NCBI GenBank assembly: GCA_017859955.1
Contig: JAFNAB010000076.1
Location: 1 to 15,361, forward strand
Origin: Holophagaceae bacterium
Lineage (GTDB): Bacteria; Acidobacteriota; Holophagae; Holophagales; Holophagaceae
Direction: 5' to 3'
DNA length: 15,361 bases
The notes beneath the pieces were generated by a model. It saw nothing but the letters and a program-made list of their open reading frames with translations, did not search any database and was not told the origin of the DNA. Positions 7,590-14,003 of the stretch are shown here, piece by piece. Each line of letters begins with the position of its first letter. The first letter of the stretch is position 1. The translations under genes were made by a program, and so were the position numbers.

Positions 7590-9185
7590 TCAGGCGATCA
7601 TCTCGACGCCATTCGTCAGAAGACGCTTCAACTCGCCCCAATTGGGCTGGAAGATCTCGCTGGGCATGAGCTTGAGGTCCGGGGAGATGCGGGGCTTGAA
7701 GGCCATCAGACGCAGGATGTCCTTTTCCATGTCCACGCCGGGGGCGATCTCGATGAGAGTCAACTCGCCCTTCTCGAGCCGGAAGACGGCCCGTTCGGTC
7801 ACATAAAGCACGGGCTGCTTGATCTGGGAGGCGTACTTACCGCTGAAGGTGATCTGTTCCACGTCCTGGAAGAACTTGGTGTTCTTCCCTTCATGGAGGA
7901 TGACCAGCTTGCCGTTCCGGGCCTCGACGGCCAGGCCCCCGGCCGTGAAGGAGCCGCAATAGACGATCTTCTTGGAGGTCTGGGTGATGTTGATGAACCC
8001 CCCGCACCCATTGGGACGCCCCTTGAACTTGCTGACGTTCACATTGCCCACCCGGTCCACCTGCGCGAAGCCGAGGAAGGCCACATCCAGGCCGCCCCCG
8101 TCGTAGAAGTCGAACTGGGCGTGGTGGTCAACGATGGCTTCAGCGTTGTAGGCATGGCCGAAGTTGGGCTGGCTCGCGGGCACGCCGCCGATGGCACCAC
8201 TCTCCGTCGTCAGGGTCATCATCTCGCTGACCCCCTCTTCAGCGGCGACAGCGGCCACGTCCGTAGGCATACCCACGCCGAGGTTGACGATATCCCCCTC
8301 CGAGAGTTCCATGGCCGCCCGGCGGGCGATGATCTTCCGCTCATCCATAGGCAGTTCGGGCAGGGAGCCCAGGGGCACCTTGATCTCGCCCGCAAAGGCG
8401 GGATTGTAATAGACGCCCGAGGTCTGCCAGGAATAGTCGGTAGAAGTGGCCACCACCACGTGATCCACCAGGATGCCGGGCACCCGGACATCCTTGGGAT
8501 TGAGGGTGCCGTTCTTCACCAGGTGCTCCACCTGTGCGATGACGATACCCCCGGAGTTCTTGGCGGCCTGGGCCAGCGGCAGGGCCTCCAGCAGCATTCC
8601 CTCCTTGTCCATGGTGATATTGCCGTTCTCGTCGGCACAGGTGCCCCGGATGATGGCCACATCCACAGGGAAGGACTTGTAGAAGAGGAACTCCTCGCCC
8701 TCGAACTGCACGACCTTGACCAGATCCTCGGTCGCAGCGGCGTTCATCTTGCCGCCCTCGACCCGGGGATCCACAAAGGTGCCGAGCCCCACCTTAGTGA
8801 TGAGCCCGGGGCGTTTGGCGGCGATCTCACGCCAGAGCTGGGTGATCACCCCCTGAGGGAGGCAGTAGCCTTCCAGCTTGTTTTCCATGAGGAGCTTGGA
8901 GAGTCCAGCGGAGGTGCCAAGGATCCCGCTGACCCAGCGCTTGACAAGCCCTTCCTTCCCAAGCCGAGTGGTTCCCCGCTCCTGCCCCCCCTTGAAGGCC
9001 ATGTCGGCCACGGCGGAACCATGGATCAAAGTGATCTGCCGGGGGTGGGATTCCTCGACAAAGCGCCGATCCACAGCCTGGACAACCTCCTCCGCCCAGC
9101 CAGAAAGCCCCATGACGCTGGCTCCGACGACAGCCCCGTCAGGGATGAGCCTTGCAGCCTGATCAGCAGTTATCACTTTTTTCAT
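7590..9185 (-). CDS. family I acyl-CoA:carboxylate CoA-transferase, fused alpha/beta type (YdiF / propionate CoA-transferase-like)
   Basis: 531-aa ORF with AAGGGGAG upstream of the ATG. The N-terminus (ITADQAARLIPDGAVVG) and central TTESGAIGG (putative catalytic Glu, by analogy with the (S)ENG motif) match single-chain family I CoA-transferases. Confidence 0.85.
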   Translation of the reverse strand: MKKVITADQAARLIPDGAVVGASVMGLSGWAEEVVQAVDRRFVEESHPRQITLIHGSAVADMAFKGGQERGTTRLGKEGLVKRWVSGILGTSAGLSKLLMENKLEGYCLPQGVITQLWREIAAKRPGLITKVGLGTFVDPRVEGGKMNAAATEDLVKVVQFEGEEFLFYKSFPVDVAIIRGTCADENGNITMDKEGMLLEALPLAQAAKNSGGIVIAQVEHLVKNGTLNPKDVRVPGILVDHVVVATSTDYSWQTSGVYYNPAFAGEIKVPLGSLPELPMDERKIIARRAAMELSEGDIVNLGVGMPTDVAAVAAEEGVSEMMTLTTESGAIGGVPASQPNFGHAYNAEAIVDHHAQFDFYDGGGLDVAFLGFAQVDRVGNVNVSKFKGRPNGCGGFINITQTSKKIVYCGSFTAGGLAVEARNGKLVILHEGKNTKFFQDVEQITFSGKYASQIKQPVLYVTERAVFRLEKGELTLIEIAPGVDMEKDILRLMAFKPRISPDLKLMPSEIFQPNWGELKRLLTNGVEMIA

Positions 9186-9592
9186 AACAGCTCCCCTTGC
9201 AAGTCCAGGCCAGATTTGCCCAGCCGGCTACTGATATCTATTTTTTTTATTACAAGGCGACATGGCGGTTCATTTTGCCTATCTATCTGCATAGAGACCA
9301 TTTGGACTCACATCACCCCAAAGGCCAGCAAATTGGCGAAACCGAGCCACAAAATCTAATTACTGAAACTAGGAGAACAAAAATCACTTGCTACCGTGAT
9401 TAATTTCACGATACAAAGAGTAACACGCCCCATGATCTAAAAAAACTATCGGTATTATCATATGTTCTCATGACGGCCATCGGTACCGTCGATGGCCCCC
9501 GCCTGCAACAGCGCATGAAGCAAAGCAAGCCTCGGGACGCTAGACTGAGAGGCAACATCCCGGCCCTTGGCCGGAATGGAAAAGGTGTGTGA
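9186..9592. promoter_or_regulatory. AT-rich divergent intergenic control region between the CoA-transferase operon (minus) and tsaD (plus)
   Basis: 407 bp with no credible ORF. It is clearly more AT-rich than the flanking genes and contains T8 (9241-9248) and A7 (9439-9445) tracts. I could not assign exact -35/-10 boxes with confidence. Confidence 0.5.
9392..9413. promoter_or_regulatory. candidate CRP/FNR-family-like operator: CGTGA-N6-TCACG
   Basis: Perfect inverted repeat CGTGA (9395-9399), ttaatt, TCACG (9406-9410), with further TA/TA flank pairing. A third half-site AATCAC (9382-9387) is inverted relative to GTGATT (9396-9401). The core GTGA-N6-TCAC equals the CRP core consensus. Confidence 0.35.
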
Positions 9593-10609
9593 ATGCTTCT
9601 ACTTGGTCTTGAATCCTCCTGCGACGACTGCTCGGCGGCGGTGGTCGAGGAGACTCCCGCCGGCCCCATCCTCCGCTCCATGGTCCGCAGGAGTCAGGAC
9701 GAGCTTCACGCTCCCTATGGGGGTGTCGTGCCCGAACTGGCCGCCCGAGACCACCTACTGAATGTGGGGGGCGTTGTGGCAGAGGCCCTCGCCCAGGCCG
9801 GTACACGGTTATCCGACCTGGACCGTGTCGCCGTCACCCAGGGCCCCGGGCTTGTGGGCTCCCTGCTCACAACATTCAGCGCTTCCAAGGCCCTGGCTTG
9901 GCGTGCTGGCCTACCCTGGGTCGGCGTCCACCATCTGCTGGGACACCTCAACGCCGCTAGATTCAGTGCCCCGGACCTGCAATTCCCCGCCCTGGTGCTC
10001 CTGGTATCCGGGGGCCACACCCATCTCTACCGGGCCGAAAGCTGGACCCACCTGGAACTCCTCCAGAAGACCCGGGATGACGCCGCCGGGGAGGCCTTCG
10101 ACAAGACCGCCCGGATGCTCAACCTGGGCTATCCCGGCGGCCCCATTGTTGACCGTTGTGCACAGCGGGCTCAGGTTTCAGCCCAGCGATTCACCCCCCC
10201 CAAGTTCAGAGACGGCAAGCCGTCCTGGAGCTTTTCTGGCCTGAAGACCGCCATGAAACTCCGCATCGCCGGCGAGCCGGGCCTGGATGTGGCAGGCCCC
10301 GAGGATCCCCGGGTCCAGGCCCTCTGCCGCAGCCTCAATGAGACCGTCGCCTCCTGGCTCCTCAACCCCCTGCCGGATTACGTTCAGGCCCACCAGGCCA
10401 GGAGCCTGGTGATCTCAGGCGGGGTGGCCTGCAATTCGGAGTTGCGGAACCAGGCAGCCAAGGTCGCCAAACGCCAGGGTCTGACCCTGGCCATACCGGA
10501 ACCCAGGCTATGCACCGACAACGGCGCCATGATCGCCTCCGCAGGAGCCCTGCTTCCCCTCCCCGAATCCCCCTGGTCCACCAATGCGGACTCGGATCTG
10601 AGACTGTAG
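9593..10609 (+). CDS. tsaD: tRNA N6-adenosine threonylcarbamoyltransferase
   Basis: 338-aa ORF. N-terminal LLGLESSCDDCSAAVV, metal-binding HHLLGHL motif and GGVACN near the C-terminus are all typical of the TsaD/Kae1 family. Confidence 0.95.
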   Translation: MLLLGLESSCDDCSAAVVEETPAGPILRSMVRRSQDELHAPYGGVVPELAARDHLLNVGGVVAEALAQAGTRLSDLDRVAVTQGPGLVGSLLTTFSASKALAWRAGLPWVGVHHLLGHLNAARFSAPDLQFPALVLLVSGGHTHLYRAESWTHLELLQKTRDDAAGEAFDKTARMLNLGYPGGPIVDRCAQRAQVSAQRFTPPKFRDGKPSWSFSGLKTAMKLRIAGEPGLDVAGPEDPRVQALCRSLNETVASWLLNPLPDYVQAHQARSLVISGGVACNSELRNQAAKVAKRQGLTLAIPEPRLCTDNGAMIASAGALLPLPESPWSTNADSDLRL

Positions 10610-10620
10610 GAGTCCCATCG

Positions 10621-10905
10621 ATGGAAGTCACCCATGAAGATGTCATGCGCTGCGCCCGACTCACCCACCTGAGCCTCGGCGAGGATGAAATCGAGCCCAT
10701 GCGCCAGGCGATGACCCAACTCCTGAGTCACGCCAGGAGCCTTGACGAACTGGAGCTTGACGGCATCGAGGCAACCACCCACGGCCAGACGCTGCCCCTG
10801 CCCCGCCGGGAGGATCAGCCCATGGATGGATTAAGCCAGGCCCAGGCTCTGGCGAACAGCCCAAGCCAGGAGCACGGACACTTCACCGTACCCAAAGTGC
10901 TATAG
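10621..10905 (+). CDS. gatC: Asp-tRNA(Asn)/Glu-tRNA(Gln) amidotransferase subunit C
   Basis: 94 aa from the ATG at 10621, with AGGAG 8 nt upstream. The upstream part of the track ORF overlaps tsaD and looks non-coding. Sequence (VMRCARLTHLSLGEDEIE ... HFTVPKVL) matches the GatC pattern, including the C-terminal F-x-VP-K-V-L. Confidence 0.9.
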   Translation: MEVTHEDVMRCARLTHLSLGEDEIEPMRQAMTQLLSHARSLDELELDGIEATTHGQTLPLPRREDQPMDGLSQAQALANSPSQEHGHFTVPKVL

Positions 10906-11361
10906 GACTCTGACCTTCTGGGCGGCGGCCCTGAGCAGCACCGTGGATCTGGAAGACCAGCAATGCTGGGCCTCATCCTCCAGTGCCTGGGACAGAAGAG
11001 GACCGAAGGCACCTTCTCCCCGCTGGGCCCTCAGGGCCACCGCTGGGAGCCAGGTCGTGTTGATCATCCGGTAGTAGCGCTTCCGGGAAGGCATATCCCC
11101 CAGGATGCCCTGGGGATCGACTCGGGAATAAGCGTAGGCCTGATAGCAGGCCTCCACCGCCATGGCCCGCTGCTTGCGCCGGGCAGCACTCTGATCGATC
11201 CAGCGATGAGCCTTCGCAAGCTCGCTGTTGCCAGTCTGCACCTGCCGCCATTCCACAGTGGAAAACCCCTCGGGTTCCCTGCCCCCTATCGCTCCACATC
11301 CGACAAGGGCTGCGACAAGGACAAGGGAGGCGCATCTCAACAGGTAATACATAGAACACAT
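10900..11361 (-). CDS. hypothetical lipoprotein
   Basis: 153-aa ORF. Signal peptide with lipobox LVGC (MYYLLRCASLVLVAALVGCG). No recognisable domain. Start is either ATG 11361 or ATG 11352. The 3' end overlaps the convergent gatC stop by 6 nt. Confidence 0.55.
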   Translation of the reverse strand: MCSMYYLLRCASLVLVAALVGCGAIGGREPEGFSTVEWRQVQTGNSELAKAHRWIDQSAARRKQRAMAVEACYQAYAYSRVDPQGILGDMPSRKRYYRMINTTWLPAVALRAQRGEGAFGPLLSQALEDEAQHCWSSRSTVLLRAAAQKVRVL

Positions 11362-11417
11362 CCATGGGCGGACTTTGCCCTGGATCTACTCTAGCCGTTC
11401 AGACCCGCACAAGCACC

Positions 11418-12134
11418 CTAGTTGAAGTAAGACTTGTCCGTCCAGGCCTGCCTGACGTAGGCCAGAATAGCCTCGGCAATCACTTCAACCGAATGCCGCT
11501 CGTTGTTGAATACTGCATCGTAATATTTCAGGTCGGCCACATCGGCACCAAGGGCATCGCTGATGAACTTTTCCCGCATCCGGGAATTGCTCCTGACCAG
11601 GTCCCTGGCCTCCCCTTCGGGAAGACAGAGTCGGGAGGCGATGGACTGGATCCGCCACTGGAGGCTGGCCTCCAGGCGGAAATGGAAGCAGTTCTTAAGG
11701 GGATGACAGATGATCCCGCCGCCCCGCCCTACAATGACGGCGTTCCCGACCGCAGCAACCTCCAGGAGGTGTTTCGCGACCTTTTCAAAGGCAGCGTCGT
11801 GGGTCACATGATCACTCGAGTTCAAGCCCAAGGATTCCAGGAGCCGACTCGTGTCCCCGAGATTCCGGAGAAGACGGAGTGAAATGCCTTCATCCTGGGC
11901 AACCCGTTCAATCAAAGCCTTGTCCAGAATATTCCAGGGCTCCCCGGAGGCCTTTTCCAGGTTCTGCTGAAGTCGCTCCGCCAGGGGATAGCCCTCGCAC
12001 CCGAACTCCCGGGAGAGGGTAATGGTCGGACGGAACTTTTTCCCGGGGGCCTGCTTGGCCCCCTCCTGGATCCGAGCCCATCCGGCCATCCGGATCTCAA
12101 CACTCGGTGGAAGAGAGGAAAGGGGCTTGGCCAT
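11418..12134 (-). CDS. cytidylate kinase-like family protein (Cytidylate_kin2-type, function unknown)
   Basis: 238-aa ORF with GAGG 6 nt upstream of the ATG. ITLSREFGCEGYPLAERL, VIVGRGGG and the C-terminal R-rich segment ending in YYDAVFNNE match the cytidylate-kinase-like family architecture rather than true Cmk. Confidence 0.7.
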   Translation of the reverse strand: MAKPLSSLPPSVEIRMAGWARIQEGAKQAPGKKFRPTITLSREFGCEGYPLAERLQQNLEKASGEPWNILDKALIERVAQDEGISLRLLRNLGDTSRLLESLGLNSSDHVTHDAAFEKVAKHLLEVAAVGNAVIVGRGGGIICHPLKNCFHFRLEASLQWRIQSIASRLCLPEGEARDLVRSNSRMREKFISDALGADVADLKYYDAVFNNERHSVEVIAEAILAYVRQAWTDKSYFN

Positions 12135-12227
12135 GGATCGCCTCGGTGGCTTGAAGAATAGGCTGGGGGGGTGTCCTAACGCGTAATGTTAGGTGCATTC
12201 CCCTTCTGGGCAAGCGCCCCCTTTCAC

Positions 12228-12758
12228 CTAACCCAGGAAGAGGAAGAACCCGTTCGCGAAACACAGCAGACCGACAGCCCCCACCAGAACACCAGCCAGC
12301 CAAACGGGTTTCTTCTTCATCAAAGCCGCAACCGAGGAGAGCAGGATGGCGATCTGAAGGAAGATGACCGCCATGCCAAAGGCTTGGCTGTGCCGGGAAG
12401 CGTCGTCCCTTTCCGATTCGAGCTTCTGGGCTTCCTTGAAAATCTGAGCCTTCTCACCATCGTACTTGGCAATCCGCTTGGCACTCTCGGCCAAGGCCAG
12501 GCTCAGCTCCTCGGAGTGCCGCCCCCGGGCCTCGGTCTTGAGATCCAAGGTCAGGGTGTCGCGTTGCAACTCATAAAGATTGCCCTTGATACTCTTGGCC
12601 TGATAATGGGCCCACCTGTCCGAGGCCTGGCTCTGCCGTAGGACAGAACGGGTGGAATACCCGCCCCCTTTGAAGGTCGCCAGGGTCGCACAGACGGCCA
12701 GGATGATGGTGCTGAGTGCCAGGTAGTTCAGCCAGGGTTCTTTCGTCTCGTCAGCCAT
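12228..12758 (-). CDS. DUF4337 domain membrane protein
   Basis: N-terminal TM helix (LALSTIILAVCATLATF), conserved SDRWAHYQAKSIK segment, central coiled region and two C-terminal TM helices, which is the DUF4337 layout. The track start at 12764 is a GTG. I prefer ATG 12758, which has AAAGGTG about 5 nt upstream. Confidence 0.75.
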   Translation of the reverse strand: MADETKEPWLNYLALSTIILAVCATLATFKGGGYSTRSVLRQSQASDRWAHYQAKSIKGNLYELQRDTLTLDLKTEARGRHSEELSLALAESAKRIAKYDGEKAQIFKEAQKLESERDDASRHSQAFGMAVIFLQIAILLSSVAALMKKKPVWLAGVLVGAVGLLCFANGFFLFLG

Positions 12759-12873
12759 GGACACCTTTCAATCGTCAACGCAATACCAGTTTAATCCGCC
12801 TTGCATGGAGCTTGGAACAGCACCACATTGGGTGCAAACCGGAATTTACGGTCCCCCAGAAAGGTCGGGCAAC

Positions 12874-13065
12874 ATGTGCGAAAGCCGCAGACTCGTCAAC
12901 CCCACAACCCCGGACGACCCCTCGGTGCCGGCGCAGTTGATGGCCATGTTCACGGAGGTGGCGAAGGATGCAGGGGGTTACGTGGTGCCGCATCCGGAAG
13001 AACACTGCATCAACATCGTTTTTGGAGCACACCAGGTGGAAGTCATCATCCTTCAGCGTCGTTGA
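12874..13065 (+). CDS. possible small protein (63 aa), no recognisable family
   Basis: This is the inner part of track ORF 12757-13065. Third-position G/C rises from about half before 12874 to roughly three quarters after it. GAAAGG lies 9 nt upstream of ATG 12874. There is no homology I can recognise and no terminator after it. Speculative. Confidence 0.3.
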   Translation: MCESRRLVNPTTPDDPSVPAQLMAMFTEVAKDAGGYVVPHPEEHCINIVFGAHQVEVIILQRR

Positions 13066-13101
13066 AGGAATTTTCTCCCCTTTTTAGGCATCTTATAGGC
13101 A

Positions 13102-13162
13102 GGCGGAGCGCAAGAGGTTTCTAGGTTGGGTTGTTGGAGGGGATTCTTCGTTGCGCTTCGCC
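13102..13162 (+). other. long hairpin (12-bp stem with one G-U pair, 37-nt G/U-rich loop) in the mazG upstream region
   Basis: ggcggagcgcaa (13102-13113) pairs with ttgcgcttcgcc (13151-13162). The single non-Watson-Crick position is G-U on the plus-strand RNA but C-A on the minus strand, which favours a plus-strand RNA structure. Confidence 0.3.
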
Positions 13163-13208
13163 CCTCGGGGGGTGACTGGGCGAGGGCCGGACCACTACAC
13201 TGGAGGCT

Positions 13209-14003
13209 ATGACACCAGCCACCCTACGTTCCATCATGACGGCCCTGCGGGACCCCCTAAAGGGGTGCCCCTGGGATATGAAGCAGGACCATCAGACCCT
13301 GGCGGAACACCTGAGGGAGGAGGTTGCAGAGGCCCTGGACGCTTTGGCTGCCCACGAAATTGGGGAGCCCGAGAAGGAGCGACACCTCTGCGAGGAACTG
13401 GGGGATGTCTGGCTGCAGATCGCCTTCCATGCCCAGCTCGCTCAAGAACGGGGAGCCTGGGACCTTCATGACGTGGAGCGCATGGCGGTGGAGAAGCTGG
13501 TCCGACGCCACCCCCATGTCTTTGCCGACGTGCAGGTAGCAGGTGCCGAGGACGTGCTCGCCAACTGGGCGGTCATCAAACAGGGAGAGAAGGCGGCCCT
13601 GGGGCAGGCCCCACAGAAACGGCTCCTGGATGGCATCGCACAGAGCCTTTCCCCCATCGACGAGGCCTTTGAGATTGGCCATCGCTGTGCGAAGGTCGGC
13701 TTCGAGTGGCCGGACCTGGACGGTGTCCTGGACAAGGTGCGTGAAGAGATCGAAGAACTACAAGCCGAAAGCGACATGGGGCGAGTGGAGGACGAATTCG
13801 GGGATGTCCTCTTCAGCCTGGTGCAATGGGCCCGGAAGAAGGGACTGGACCCGGATCGGGCCATGCGCCGCCAGTTGCACCGCTTCAAGGAACGCTTCAA
13901 AGCTGTCGAAGACATGGCCATCACCCACGGAGGGTGGCAGGTCCAGAGCCTTGAGACCATGGAAACGGCTTGGCAGTCAGCCAAGCGGAGCGAAATCAAG
14001 TGA
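13209..14003 (+). CDS. mazG: nucleoside triphosphate pyrophosphohydrolase MazG (tandem MazG domains)
   Basis: 264-aa ORF. N-terminus LRSIMTALRDPLKGCPWD matches the MazG signature. There are two EExxE/GD-type motifs (EEVAEALDA...EELGDVWLQ and REEIEELQAE...EFGDVLFSL). Confidence 0.9.
   Translation: MTPATLRSIMTALRDPLKGCPWDMKQDHQTLAEHLREEVAEALDALAAHEIGEPEKERHLCEELGDVWLQIAFHAQLAQERGAWDLHDVERMAVEKLVRRHPHVFADVQVAGAEDVLANWAVIKQGEKAALGQAPQKRLLDGIAQSLSPIDEAFEIGHRCAKVGFEWPDLDGVLDKVREEIEELQAESDMGRVEDEFGDVLFSLVQWARKKGLDPDRAMRRQLHRFKERFKAVEDMAITHGGWQVQSLETMETAWQSAKRSEIK

Noticed and set aside
1093-9359. Very long plus-strand ORFs (1093-2307, 2443-3333, 4494-5717, 6452-7669, 7893-9359; 296-488 aa) antisense to tyrS, phoH2, etfA, the ACAD and the CoA-transferase
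   Set aside because: Their translations are low-complexity and rich in G/A/R/P/L/H, with no recognisable motifs. Each lies exactly opposite a gene with clear family signatures. This is the classic stop-codon-poor shadow-ORF pattern of GC-rich DNA.
9233-9450. GATA..T8 at 9233-9249 and A7-C-TATC at 9439-9450 as terminal inverted repeats of a MITE-like insertion
   Set aside because: The match is short, imperfect and dominated by homopolymers. There is no target-site duplication and I found no other copy in the window. It is more simply explained as promoter-region A/T tracts.
9197-9681. Track ORFs 9197-9403 (+), 9406-9681 (-) and 9540-9806 (-) in or around the AT-rich spacer
   Set aside because: They have no ribosome-binding site, implausible composition (for example IYFFYYKATWRFILPIYL) and no G/C third-position bias. 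Two of them overlap the 5' end of the well-supported tsaD.
10900-10905. 6-nt overlap of the convergent gatC and lipoprotein stops as a sign of mis-annotation or a special antisense regulatory arrangement
   Set aside because: Both ORFs have independent support (GatC C-terminal motif; lipobox signal peptide and coding-like codon bias). Short convergent overlaps occur in compact genomes, and I saw no convincing bidirectional terminator hairpin.
12175-12193. Hairpin CCTAAC-gcgtaat-GTTAGG downstream of the DUF4337 stop as an intrinsic terminator
   Set aside because: The stem is only 6 bp and on the minus strand it is followed by ACACCCCCCC rather than a U-tract. The cytidylate-kinase-like gene follows closely, so read-through co-transcription is more likely.
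12757-12873. Full-length 102-aa version of ORF 12757-13065, and the antisense 85-aa ORF 12775-13032
   Set aside because: The first 39 codons have roughly even A/T versus G/C third positions, and the ATG is just the reverse reading of the CCATGG at the DUF4337 start. The antisense ORF has Arg/His/Cys-rich junk-like composition.
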